The notes beneath the pieces were generated by a model. It saw nothing but the letters and a program-made list of their open reading frames with translations, had not been told where the DNA came from and made no database searches. DNA of 64,000 nucleotides from Deferribacterales bacterium (GTDB taxonomy: Bacteria > Chrysiogenota > Deferribacteres > Deferribacterales > Geovibrionaceae), in assembly GCA_050251945.1 (NCBI GenBank), contig JBFWLW010000008.1:32001-96000 (forward strand), read 5' to 3'. Position 1 is the stretch's first letter. Every line of letters begins with the position of its first letter. Positions 31,191 to 40,814 of this stretch are shown here, piece after piece. A program made the position numbers and the translations under genes.

Positions 31191-31319
31191 TTATTTGTTC
31201 TCCAGAGATTCAACCCTTGTTTCAAGGTTGTTCAGACGTGAACCGAGGCTGAAAAAATATGCCCCGAGAAGCACGAAGATAACTGTATAACCTGCGAAAA
31301 GATATCCGAAATTAGCCAT
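31191..31319 (-). CDS. ccmD: CcmD-like heme exporter small subunit (42 aa, absent from the ORF track)
   Basis: Manual translation MANFGYLFAGYTVIFVLLGAYFFSLGSRLNNLETRVESLENK: one TM plus charged tail, overlapping the ccmC stop. Confidence 0.85.
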   Translation of the reverse strand: MANFGYLFAGYTVIFVLLGAYFFSLGSRLNNLETRVESLENK

Positions 31320-31980
31320 TGTTCTCTCCTAAAGCATCAATTTTTCTTGAGAGTGACGCAATGCGCACTCTTTTCAGCATCATAGCGACATAAAGCACGG
31401 AAAATGCGAGGATAGCGAAAAGCATCGCTTTCAGCATGTCCGGATGCAGACCGCCGCCGCCCTTCTGTACCACGTTGGGGTGGATTGTTCTCCACCAGCG
31501 GATTGAAAAGAAGACTATCGGTACGTCGATGAAACCGATAATACCTATCGCCGCCGCAAACTTGGCGCGTTTGTCCGCCTCTTCGATGAACTTGCGAAGC
31601 ATAATGTAACCCGCATAAATGAACCACAGTATGGTCGTTGTCGTAAGACGCGGATCCCATGTCCACCACACTCCCCAGATGGGTCTTGCCCAGATGGGTC
31701 CTGTGATAAGCACTATCGTACAGAACATAATGCCTATCTCTGCGGAGCTTTCAGCTATGTCGTCAAACAGGAAATTCTGTTTGGCAAGAAACAGGATGCT
31801 GAAAACGAACGTCACAAAGAAAGCGAAAAAAGCTATCCATGCGGACGCAACGTGGAAATAGAAAATCTTCTGCACGGCGCCCATCACCCTCTCAAGGGGT
31901 GCAAACATGAATGCCATGTAAAGCGCCGCTATGATAAACAGTATCGCGGCGATATCCAGAAACTTTTGTAACTTCTTCAT
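31312..31980 (-). CDS. ccmC: Heme exporter/chaperone CcmC
   Basis: IFYFHV, WARPIWGVWWTWDPRLT (WWD motif), RWWRTIHP. Confidence 0.95.
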   Translation of the reverse strand: MKKLQKFLDIAAILFIIAALYMAFMFAPLERVMGAVQKIFYFHVASAWIAFFAFFVTFVFSILFLAKQNFLFDDIAESSAEIGIMFCTIVLITGPIWARPIWGVWWTWDPRLTTTTILWFIYAGYIMLRKFIEEADKRAKFAAAIGIIGFIDVPIVFFSIRWWRTIHPNVVQKGGGGLHPDMLKAMLFAILAFSVLYVAMMLKRVRIASLSRKIDALGENNG

Positions 31981-31981
31981 A

Positions 31982-32659
31982 TCAATCCTCTACAATGAAA
32001 TCGAAAACAGCAAAGACCACTACCGTAAAGATAGCATCAAAAGCCGCAAGAAGCTGCAGCCATTTTGACGCATCCGCCGGATCGTGTCCCAGAATATATA
32101 TATTCAGCGCCTGAACGGACGACAGAATTATCGGAACGATAACAGGCAGAAGCAGAAGAGGAAGCATGACCTCCCTTGTTCTGGTGTTTACGGAAATGAT
32201 GGAAAACAATGTGCCGAGTATGGCAAAACCATAGGTGCCTAAAAAGAAAATCACAACCGGCATAGCGCCGTATGCGAAGATGTTTACGTTATAAAGAACC
32301 ATGAACAGCGGAATGGTGAATATTTCCACCATCGCTATAAAGATGAAATTGCTGACAGCCTTGCCGAAAAATATGGCACTGCGGTCAACGGGAGCCAGAA
32401 GCAGAGCGGAAAAGTTGCCGCCTGTAACTTCGCTCATCATTGATTTGTTAAGTCCCAGAATCCCCGCGAAGACGAAAGACATCCAGAGGATGCCGCCGAC
32501 GACTTCGTTTTTGAACTGGGAGCCGGGTTCAAAGATAAAACTGAAAACAACCACCGTAAGCACGGAGAAAAGGAGCATGGAAACCACTATTTCTCTGGAT
32601 TTCAGCTCGTGCAGAACGTCTTTGCGGACGATGGCGGATATTGTATTGAGATACTTCAT
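31982..32659 (-). CDS. ccmB: Heme ABC exporter permease CcmB
   Basis: Six-TM protein, REVMLPLLLLP, position between ccmA and ccmC. Confidence 0.92.
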   Translation of the reverse strand: MKYLNTISAIVRKDVLHELKSREIVVSMLLFSVLTVVVFSFIFEPGSQFKNEVVGGILWMSFVFAGILGLNKSMMSEVTGGNFSALLLAPVDRSAIFFGKAVSNFIFIAMVEIFTIPLFMVLYNVNIFAYGAMPVVIFFLGTYGFAILGTLFSIISVNTRTREVMLPLLLLPVIVPIILSSVQALNIYILGHDPADASKWLQLLAAFDAIFTVVVFAVFDFIVED

Positions 32660-33366
32660 CTGCTCACCGCCTCTATGTAGCGCTCATCGAATTCCTGAAC
32701 GCTTATTCTCGCCTTTTCCTCGTTGAAAACAAGCCGACCGCCCTTGATTATGGCAAGTCTGGAAGCCGCGTCATAGCCCTGTTTCATGTTGTGGGTCACC
32801 ATGACGATGGTCTTCTGTTCGCCGAAAAGCTCCATGAGGATACGTGTGAGGATATCGGAGGCGTGTGTATCAAGTCCGGTGTACGGCTCGTCAAGAACCA
32901 CTATCTCCGGATCGTGCAGGAGCGCTCTTGTTATTGAAAGGCGCTGGAGCATGCCGCGGGAATAACCGCGAACCTTGTCGTTTCTGCGTTTATAAAGCTC
33001 AACCTTGTCCAGAAGCAGCTTTATGCGTTCATCTATGTTCTGTACGTCGTACATTCTTGCATAGAAACGCAGATTTTCAAGCGCCGTCAGTTCGCTGTAA
33101 AGGAACGGAAGGTGCGAGATAACGCCGAAACGGCTGCGGAAGCTGTCCTGTAATTTGTTGAGGGGTGTATTCTCGTATAGAATCTGTCCGCTTGTGGGCG
33201 GAGTCATGGTGCAGAGGAGTTTCAGAAAGGTGGATTTACCCGCGCCGTTGGGTCCGAAAACGCTGACAAATTCGCCTTTATTAAGGGAAACGGACACATC
33301 CCGCAGTGCGTGGATGTGTCCGTATTTTTTATTTACTTTCTTAAACTCTACGAGAGTTTCAGACAT
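32656..33366 (-). CDS. ccmA: Heme ABC exporter ATPase CcmA
   Basis: GPNGAGKS, YSRGMLQR, LDEPYTGLD. Confidence 0.9.
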   Translation of the reverse strand: MSETLVEFKKVNKKYGHIHALRDVSVSLNKGEFVSVFGPNGAGKSTFLKLLCTMTPPTSGQILYENTPLNKLQDSFRSRFGVISHLPFLYSELTALENLRFYARMYDVQNIDERIKLLLDKVELYKRRNDKVRGYSRGMLQRLSITRALLHDPEIVVLDEPYTGLDTHASDILTRILMELFGEQKTIVMVTHNMKQGYDAASRLAIIKGGRLVFNEEKARISVQEFDERYIEAVSR

Positions 33367-35275
33367 TCTTCTTTTTCCTGCCCGAAATGCTGTAAAGTCC
33401 GCCGAGAACCATCACAACACAGCCTATCCATATCCATGTGATAAACGGCTGGAAAACTGCCTGAATTCCGACGTAGTTTTCAACCTTTGAATAGCTGGCG
33501 AGTATCAGATAAAGGTCACCGTGAAGTTTTGAGCTGATGGCAACCTCTGCGAAAGCCTGCTCGTTCTTCTCATAAAAGCGTCTTTCAGGTGCAAGCGTCA
33601 TAAGCTCTTTACCGTTTTTGTAAACGGTCACGGGTGCATACACGGAAACGTAGTTCTGCATCTCGTTGGCGTTGAGCTGACCCACCTGAAGGGTGTATCC
33701 GCTGAACTCGAATTTTTCACCGGGTGCAACGGTAACGTCTTTCTTATCGTTATAGAAGGATGAAGCCACGATGCCGTATGCCATCATTACCACGCCTATG
33801 TGGACGATAAGACCGCCGTAATACCTTCTGTTTGAAAGTAGAACCTTTGCTCCGCCTTTCTTGACAGTAGTGAACACTGACACGAGGATGGAAACCAGTG
33901 AAAACGTGGTGAATCCCAGCAGAAGCACCGGAAGCACCTGTTTATGTCCTGTGGCAACAAGAGCCGCCATAGCCGCTATCATAGCGACTGTTGAGGGCGC
34001 GAGCTTTTTGAGAAGCTCTTTTCTGTCCATCTTTCCGTAGTGCAGAAGCGGAGCAATACCGCCGGCAAGCAGGATAAGAACAAAGAAAGGTGCGGAAACC
34101 CTGTTGAAATAAGGGATACCAACAGTGATCTTATCGGGCATAACCAGACCGGAGATGATGGGCATCATGGTTCCGACTGCGATGACTATGGTGAGTCCGA
34201 GGAACAGCCAGTTCGCAAGGAAGAACATTCCGTCTCTTGAAAAGAAGGTGAAATGATGCTCCTCTTTGTCTGAAAGTTCTTTCAGCATCGGAAACAGATA
34301 TTTAAGGAATATAGCCGTTGTTATTGTTATAAACGCAAGGAAGAAATATCCCAGCGAAGATTTAGCAAATGAGTGTACGGAATCCAGAACACCGCTTCTT
34401 GTGATGAACGTTCCGAACAGGCAGAGCTGGAAAGAGATGAGCGCAAGCATATGCGTCCATATTTTCAGTTTGCCGCGTCTTTCGTATACCATAGCAGAGT
34501 GAAGCAGAGCCGTTGATGTTATCCACGGGAGCAGAGATGCGTTTTCAACCGGATCCCATGCCCAATAGCCGCCCCAGCCAAGCTCAACGTATGCCCATTC
34601 GCCGCCGAGGATGATACCGATGGTAAGGAATATCCATGTGATAACTGTCCATTTGCGTGTATCAATAGCCCAGTTTGCAGACGAGTCTTTATTAACAAGC
34701 GCCGCAAAAGCGTGTCCGACGGTTATTGTGTAACCCACATAACCGAGGAAAAGGGTGGGCGGGTGATACAGCATGCCCGGGTTTTGCAGCAGAGGGTTCA
34801 TACCCATACCGTCGGCTGGGAAGAAATCCAGTTCCGCAAAGGGGTTTGTAACAAAAATGGTGAGTATCAGGAAAAAGGTGGATGTCAGAGCTGAAACCGC
34901 AAGAACTGCCGCTCTGTATTTTGTGTCATAGTTTCTCGTACGGAATATTTCTATGACAGCAAAAACAGCAACAAGCCAGCCCCAGAAGAGGAGCGAACCC
35001 GCCTGTCCTGCCCACCAGCCGCTTATTTTGTAAACAAAAGGAAGTTTCGAGTCCGTGTACTGCGCGACGTATTCCATTTTGAAATAGCCTGTCGCCAGCG
35101 CATAGACCAGAACGCAGGATGCCAGTGAAAAGGCAACCAGCTGACCGATCATTATTGTGTCCGCAAGCTTTGCCGTGGACTTGTTTTGGGTCTGCATGGC
35201 GTAAACATACATTACGAAGGCAGCAAAGCCTGAAAGCAGACCGAGAATCTGAAATAAATTACCTAACTGTCCCAT
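33359..35275 (-). CDS. ccmF: Heme lyase CcmF
   Basis: HPPTLFLGY, WAYVELGWGGYWAWDPVENAS, SVHSF. Confidence 0.96.
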   Translation of the reverse strand: MGQLGNLFQILGLLSGFAAFVMYVYAMQTQNKSTAKLADTIMIGQLVAFSLASCVLVYALATGYFKMEYVAQYTDSKLPFVYKISGWWAGQAGSLLFWGWLVAVFAVIEIFRTRNYDTKYRAAVLAVSALTSTFFLILTIFVTNPFAELDFFPADGMGMNPLLQNPGMLYHPPTLFLGYVGYTITVGHAFAALVNKDSSANWAIDTRKWTVITWIFLTIGIILGGEWAYVELGWGGYWAWDPVENASLLPWITSTALLHSAMVYERRGKLKIWTHMLALISFQLCLFGTFITRSGVLDSVHSFAKSSLGYFFLAFITITTAIFLKYLFPMLKELSDKEEHHFTFFSRDGMFFLANWLFLGLTIVIAVGTMMPIISGLVMPDKITVGIPYFNRVSAPFFVLILLAGGIAPLLHYGKMDRKELLKKLAPSTVAMIAAMAALVATGHKQVLPVLLLGFTTFSLVSILVSVFTTVKKGGAKVLLSNRRYYGGLIVHIGVVMMAYGIVASSFYNDKKDVTVAPGEKFEFSGYTLQVGQLNANEMQNYVSVYAPVTVYKNGKELMTLAPERRFYEKNEQAFAEVAISSKLHGDLYLILASYSKVENYVGIQAVFQPFITWIWIGCVVMVLGGLYSISGRKKKNV

Positions 35276-35381
35276 AATTCTCCCTTATAAATTTGAATAA
35301 AGCACGCCCTTATCTTTCAAACGGGCATATGCAAACAATAAAAATTATCGCCCGCATAGCAGTCTAAACAGAGACAGGTGA

Positions 35382-35795
35382 TTATGATTTTTGTTCAACA
35401 TCCGCTTCATATTTTGACGGACATTTTGTCAAAACTGTGGCGGCGTTGAAAACCTGTTTTTCAGGGTCATATTTTCCTTCAACAATAACGTGGATGTCCT
35501 CTTTAAAGGTGTCGGGGATGATCCCGTGGTATTCCACTTTCATTGTGTCAGGTTTTCCTTGTATATCCTGAATTGTGAAAAGAAGATACTGATTTTTATA
35601 ATCCTGTGTTATGGTACCGGGCAAAACGTTTCCTGTAATTCTCATTCCCTTTGTGTTATATTTCTCAGGGTTATGAGTGACTTCGTGAACTTCAAGATAG
35701 TAAACGCTCTCCTGCTTAAAACTGGACATGAACAGCCAGCCGACAACACCGACGAACACGACCCCGGCAAGAATAAACTTATACGATTTCTTCAT
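35382..35795 (-). CDS. ccmE: Heme chaperone CcmE, CxxxY (System I*) variant
   Basis: N-terminal TM, PDTFKED, VLTKCPSKY. Confidence 0.92.
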   Translation of the reverse strand: MKKSYKFILAGVVFVGVVGWLFMSSFKQESVYYLEVHEVTHNPEKYNTKGMRITGNVLPGTITQDYKNQYLLFTIQDIQGKPDTMKVEYHGIIPDTFKEDIHVIVEGKYDPEKQVFNAATVLTKCPSKYEADVEQKS

Positions 35796-35881
35796 TATGA
35801 CCTCTTTCTGCTTTTATAAAGCTTAGACTATGATGTTAAAAAAAAGTTGCATAATCAAGTAGAAATTTGTAAATATTGTAT

Positions 35882-36622
35882 ATGGACAATGTTTCTTTTT
35901 ATACTGCGTTCCTTGCGGGCGTACTTTCCTTTTTGTCACCATGCGTTTTGCCTCTTCTCCCCGGATATCTCTCTTTTATGTCCGGCGAATCCATAGAGAC
36001 CCTCACATCCGGCGATAAAAAGACGGCAAGACTAAAAGTCTTTCTTGGCGCTGTGTTTTTTGGTTTGGGTTTCATGCTGGTGTTCATACTTCTCGGCGCG
36101 GGCGCGACCAAAATAGGCATGTTTTTAAAAGAGTATAAGCTCATAATCGGAAGAGTTGCGGGTGTGGTTATCATCATACTCGGTCTGCACATGACAGGTA
36201 TCTTCCGTATTAATAAACTCATGATGCACAAAAAATGGCACTACAGTTCAAAAAAGGGCGCGCCTTTTTTTGTTAACGCGTTTCTTCTGGGCGTGGCGTT
36301 CGTTTTCGGCTGGACACCCTGCATAGGTCCCATCCTTGCGGGCATCCTGTCACTCGCTGCGGCGAAAGAGACCGTTTCCAGCGGCATCATGCTTCTCGCT
36401 GTGTTCGGGTTCGGGCTTTGGATACCATTTCTGCTTTCGGCTATGGCTGTGGGCTTTGTCTTCTCCACCGTGAGAAAGGCTGGTAAACTTGTCATGGCTG
36501 TGGAAAAGATATCCGGCGCACTGCTTATCATCATCGGCGTTCTGATGGTGACTGACAGCATGCAGACTGTAAGCATCTTCCTTTTCAGGGTATTCCCTGC
36601 GCTGGGCAATATAAACTACTGA
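35882..36622 (+). CDS. ccdA: Cytochrome c biogenesis protein CcdA
   Basis: FLSPCVLPLLP and GWTPCIGPIL Cys pair. Confidence 0.93.
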   Translation: MDNVSFYTAFLAGVLSFLSPCVLPLLPGYLSFMSGESIETLTSGDKKTARLKVFLGAVFFGLGFMLVFILLGAGATKIGMFLKEYKLIIGRVAGVVIIILGLHMTGIFRINKLMMHKKWHYSSKKGAPFFVNAFLLGVAFVFGWTPCIGPILAGILSLAAAKETVSSGIMLLAVFGFGLWIPFLLSAMAVGFVFSTVRKAGKLVMAVEKISGALLIIIGVLMVTDSMQTVSIFLFRVFPALGNINY

Positions 36623-37435
36623 TCAGCGGACGATGGTGTAAGTAACCGTATTGTCCGCCCAGTCCGACGGGTCGAGCCTGTTCAGCCTGCGGACGAGATC
36701 ACTTATCATGCCCGTTGATGACGCGCTGTAGGTTATGAACATCCCCTCCTGAAAACCGAGGGTCAGAAGGTCGTCCTTCTTTTTCGTGGCGATTATTTTA
36801 ATCTTTTCCTCGGCGGACTTACCCTTAAACCCCGGCAGAAACTGCGCCGTCAGCACAATTCTGCACTCGTTGTCCGGATAGACGTAAGTCTTTCCCTTCT
36901 GCGCAAAATTATTTCTCTGAACGCTGTTCGGCAGAAGAAGCGTAACAGAACCGTCCGTAGCTATTGAAAACAGATAGACGTAGGCATCCTCTGTCACTCT
37001 GTAGCTTATGCTGACAATTTCCCCCTGTTTGACCTGCGACCTCGACATGGCAAGGTCAACTGCAAAACCATCGGTTTTCTCCGGCTGATACGGTTCCACA
37101 ACAGCCTTTATCCTCACCGTATACTCGCTGTTGCTCCCATGGGCAAACCCCTGCGAAATAATGTCGTATTTCAGTATGCGCCCCTTCACCGACGCATAGA
37201 TGAGGTCTTCGGCAAGCTGACTGTTCTGCACAAGGGTTCTGGACTTTATAAATATCCCGCACGCCGTTTCAAGTGCGTTTCTGCGGGCATCGTTCAGGGC
37301 GCGCATGGCTGTCTCCTTCATGGTGTCGGAATCTCCCATGACAGAAACACCGTCCGCCTCAACGGTTATAGTGTTTTCCGCACTGTGAGCTGCAAATGCG
37401 GCAAAAAGCAGCATGAGAAAGAGAAATCTTTTCAT
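36623..37435 (-). CDS. Exported protein with FlgT/LPP20-like N-terminal region and DUF4384-like C-terminal domain
   Basis: Signal peptide (AAHSA), ALNDARRNALETACG, DAYVYLFSIATDGSVTLLLPN. Confidence 0.75.
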   Translation of the reverse strand: MKRFLFLMLLFAAFAAHSAENTITVEADGVSVMGDSDTMKETAMRALNDARRNALETACGIFIKSRTLVQNSQLAEDLIYASVKGRILKYDIISQGFAHGSNSEYTVRIKAVVEPYQPEKTDGFAVDLAMSRSQVKQGEIVSISYRVTEDAYVYLFSIATDGSVTLLLPNSVQRNNFAQKGKTYVYPDNECRIVLTAQFLPGFKGKSAEEKIKIIATKKKDDLLTLGFQEGMFITYSASSTGMISDLVRRLNRLDPSDWADNTVTYTIVR

Positions 37436-39483
37436 CAGTACAGTTCCCCGAAACTCTTGTCGTCAATCTTTCCTTTAAGAAAAGCATCCATAAGTTTGGA
37501 TTTCACTGGCTTTTTCAGCTCATCCATGCCTTTGGAAAGCTGAGCGGAGTTAATAAGCCCCTTTTCAAAGAGCGCTTTCAGTTTATTTTTCCCTGTCTCT
37601 TCGTCCATCAGTCTGGATTTTTCCCAGTTGCGGCTGACAGTGAAATCACCGTTGCCTATCACCTGCGGATCCTGCTGCTGCCCTTTAAGCCGGAAAGCAG
37701 CCTTCGCAACGTTATTCTTTATGTATTCCGATATGTCGTTTATGGTCACCCATACGCCGCTTCCGCCTTTCCCTGTGAGTCCTTCCTTAAAGAAATGGCT
37801 GAACAGACCGGATTTATACTCGCTGTCGTCCTCCCACGACTGCTGGTTTGCAGCCGAAGAGGTTATTATCACTCTGCCGGAACCCACTGTCTTTATTATG
37901 TCAGGTGCCGCCATCATACCCACAATTGGCTTGCCGCCCTTTGCCACGATGGATTTTCCGCTGCCTGTGAAACATGCATCGAGCGCAACAAGAACTCCCT
38001 TCGCGTTGGAGTTATCCACCATATCCTCAATATAGCTGACCCTGACCGCAGTGTCCGACAGCGAATCGGGATCGGAAAGAACGCTGTCATAGGGTACGAT
38101 GAGCGCATCCGTTACTTTTTCGCCGGATGTGACAGGCGCTCCGTGACCGGAAAAATAGACATACATGTATCCGTCCCATGTCCTTATTTTGCGCAATGCC
38201 GCAACTATGTTGTTGCGGGTGGCGTTTTCGTTGAGCAGAAGAACCGCGTTCTCTTTGGGGATGCCGCCGTATCTTCTGTCCGTCAGTATGTTATATACGT
38301 CCTGCGCATCCGCAGAGGCGTATTTCAGTGTCGGTATATCGCTGCGACCTTTATAGTCTATACCTATCACCACCGCATAAGCGTCTGTTCTGTAAGGCGG
38401 CAGTTCGCTCTCTGCCGTCTGTGGTTCAGCAGCCGGAACTGGAACTGCGGCATAGGTCTGCTGAGCGGGCTTGCCTGCGTCCGCAGTTGAGCCGAGCACC
38501 ACGTCAAAATATGAAGGGCGGGTTCCGCGGATAACGTACAGAGTTATCTTTGCGGACGGAGCCTGAGAACCTATGAATGAAACGAAATTTTCAGCGGAGG
38601 TCACAGGCGTTCCGTTGACATCGGCGATGATGTCGCCCGTGTGTATTCCGGCAGTTTCCGCAGGACTATTCGGCATTACACCGACGACCTCAACGCCGGA
38701 CAGACCTGCCCTGAACCGCGTATTCGACGTGACCAGCCTTGTTATCATAAGCTGTTTTTCCGCGCTTAGAGCCTGAATATTCACACCGAGATATCCGCCG
38801 TTCTGCTGCACTGTCTGCGCGGTCTGCACAGGAGCGGCATAGGTCGGGAGTGCGGACGCAACCACAACCGTCGGCTGTTTTTTGAGATTGGAGGCATACG
38901 CCCTAAGCTCGCCGGAGAGCGCTATCTCCTCGTTCAGTTTTTTAAAGCAGGCGTCCATGGCAGCAGAGAGTGCCTCCGCCATAAGTGTTTTATACGGAAT
39001 GACCGGAGATACCACCGACCTGCTCTCTTTCACGCTTCTGGCTGTGGTCTCCCAGATGGTCATACGGTTTTTATCGGTTACGGTGGCTTTTACACCGAGG
39101 TTAACGCGGTATTTCATTCCGAATCCTGCGGCAACCTGTACTCCTTCGAATGAAAAGTCCTGAACGTCAGCAGATATCAGCGCATCCACGTTATCAGGAA
39201 AACTGCCCGGCGCAGCCGCTACAGCCGATGTGAACGCAACCGGGAAATACTTTTTCTCCATGATCCTAAGATGTTTTCCGGAGGGAATATTCTCTGTGGC
39301 GCTGCCTATGACATAGGACTTAACCAGATTCTCATCGGGCAGCACGATACCCACCCGCATATTCACCGTGTTCACCCTGTCGGGCACAGAACCTGCGTTC
39401 TCCACCATGGGGACGTCTATGACACTTGCGCAGCCTGACAGCATAACCATTGATAATATAAAAAAATATCTGAGCGTTTTCAT
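37435..39483 (-). CDS. Lipoprotein with PDZ domain and caspase-family (peptidase C14) domain
   Basis: Lipobox LSGC; PDZ (YLGVNI...SPAETAGIHTGDII); C14 motifs AVVIGIDY, YFSGHG, LDACFTG, GLFSHFF. Confidence 0.88.
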   Translation of the reverse strand: MKTLRYFFILSMVMLSGCASVIDVPMVENAGSVPDRVNTVNMRVGIVLPDENLVKSYVIGSATENIPSGKHLRIMEKKYFPVAFTSAVAAAPGSFPDNVDALISADVQDFSFEGVQVAAGFGMKYRVNLGVKATVTDKNRMTIWETTARSVKESRSVVSPVIPYKTLMAEALSAAMDACFKKLNEEIALSGELRAYASNLKKQPTVVVASALPTYAAPVQTAQTVQQNGGYLGVNIQALSAEKQLMITRLVTSNTRFRAGLSGVEVVGVMPNSPAETAGIHTGDIIADVNGTPVTSAENFVSFIGSQAPSAKITLYVIRGTRPSYFDVVLGSTADAGKPAQQTYAAVPVPAAEPQTAESELPPYRTDAYAVVIGIDYKGRSDIPTLKYASADAQDVYNILTDRRYGGIPKENAVLLLNENATRNNIVAALRKIRTWDGYMYVYFSGHGAPVTSGEKVTDALIVPYDSVLSDPDSLSDTAVRVSYIEDMVDNSNAKGVLVALDACFTGSGKSIVAKGGKPIVGMMAAPDIIKTVGSGRVIITSSAANQQSWEDDSEYKSGLFSHFFKEGLTGKGGSGVWVTINDISEYIKNNVAKAAFRLKGQQQDPQVIGNGDFTVSRNWEKSRLMDEETGKNKLKALFEKGLINSAQLSKGMDELKKPVKSKLMDAFLKGKIDDKSFGELY

Positions 39484-40304
39484 CAGTAGAGTTCTCCGAA
39501 TTTTTTAGCGTCAATCTTATCGCTAAGGAACGATTCCAGAAGTTTTGACCTATCGCCGCCAAGCTCGCCGATGGCTTTGGTGAGCTGTGCGGAATCTATA
39601 TATCCGTGTTCAAAGGCGGCGCGCAGTCTGTCTTTTTCCGTTGCGCCGTCCGGAACGTAGGGTTCCGGTTCAGGGACTTTCTCACCGGACTGCCCCCTGA
39701 GATAATTGCTGACGGCGTAGGAATTGAGCATACTATCCAGCGCTTTCATGAAAGCATCACCGGCGGCGGCATACAATCCGGTGTTCCAGACCTCCTGCGC
39801 CTTTTTTGTGTCGGTACAGCTGTATTCGACGTTGGATATGGACGAAACCGTGTCGGAGCGGTAAAGTTCGCGTCCGCTATTATCCATGAAGTGGGTGCGG
39901 AGGTTCAGTCTGGGTGTTACGCCGCAGGTGTTGAAACCTCTGACTGTCGTATTGAAATCGAAATCGTGAAGCTCAACGGAGATTATTAGCCCTTTGTCCG
40001 AATTTGGTGACTGTAAAACCTCCGTTTCGGTGAAATACTGCGGCAAAATATCTTTCGCAGCCTTATTTATCTGTTTAGCTATAGGCATGACCATAAGCTG
40101 CTTAACACCGGAACCGTTGTCTTCCAGCTTCTGCGAAGGGTTGTTCTCATCCATCGGCAGATACGCAGCCTTAACGTACATCTTCTGCATAGCGTGCGCG
40201 GCAGGAAGTTTGGATGCGGACACATCCTGATAGGGCACTTCGTATCTGAAAGTACATGCGGAAATGACAAATGATACTAATAGAAAAGCGAAAATACGGA
40301 ACAT
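39483..40304 (-). CDS. Lipoprotein paralogous to the non-catalytic ends of the adjacent caspase
   Basis: Lipobox ISAC; C-terminal ~50 aa alignable with the caspase C-terminus (both end FGELY). Confidence 0.8.
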   Translation of the reverse strand: MFRIFAFLLVSFVISACTFRYEVPYQDVSASKLPAAHAMQKMYVKAAYLPMDENNPSQKLEDNGSGVKQLMVMPIAKQINKAAKDILPQYFTETEVLQSPNSDKGLIISVELHDFDFNTTVRGFNTCGVTPRLNLRTHFMDNSGRELYRSDTVSSISNVEYSCTDTKKAQEVWNTGLYAAAGDAFMKALDSMLNSYAVSNYLRGQSGEKVPEPEPYVPDGATEKDRLRAAFEHGYIDSAQLTKAIGELGGDRSKLLESFLSDKIDAKKFGELY

Positions 40305-40409
40305 TTCCCACCTATGTTTGTTTATTTATCTGATTGTACCGCTGACTGTTTAAGAAATAAAGGGGTAGTTTTTATTAATGAGGTGGCTTCGAAAGAACTT
40401 AAATCTTCC

Positions 40410-40531
40410 GTCTTCGCAAGGGCTGTTCGCCTGACGCAACCTGAACCTTTCAGATTGCTTCGTCATTTCATTCCTCGCAAAGACGGAATAAAAATCACGT
40501 CTCTGCGAACCCCATAGGGGTGAAGCAGTCT
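40410..40531. repeat. Paired REP-like element, copy D, plus a degenerate third arm
   Basis: Arms at 40452-40484 and 40499-40531; decayed arm at 40410-40442. Confidence 0.8.
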
Positions 40532-40570
40532 CGTCTTTTTTCCATACGACATAACATATGAAAAATGCTC

Positions 40571-40813
40571 TAGAACCAAGTAGTTCAGGGAAGATTTTGT
40601 GTTGCGAGCGAACAAAAGCTGACGACGAAATACGACGGTTATAAAAACCGATATTGTGTCGGCGATCAGATGCAAGCAGTACTGAGTGACCTGTCGGTTT
40701 TTAGAACCGAGCAGTTCGAGAAAGATTTTGCGAGGCGAGCAAAAGCGTACGTACTCTGTACGTGTTGCGAACGAACAAAAGCTGACGAAGAAATACGAAG
40801 GTTATAAAAAGCG
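40571..40813. repeat. Two copies of a second palindromic MITE-like element with terminal inverted repeats
   Basis: Copy 1 at 40571-40650, copy 2 at 40695-40813; ends cggtttttagaacc / ggttataaaaa(c/g)cg. Confidence 0.7.
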
Positions 40814-40814
40814 G

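Noticed and set aside
40314..40675. Short ORFs over intergenic repeats (also 15148-15396, 25636-25836, 46634-46897, 58999-59355)
   Set aside because: Their shared peptide-like motifs are just translations of the REP-like elements
40571..40813. Possible CRISPR array or mini-array
   Set aside because: Only two long (80-119 bp) unequal copies, no regular repeat-spacer period, and no cas genes in the window
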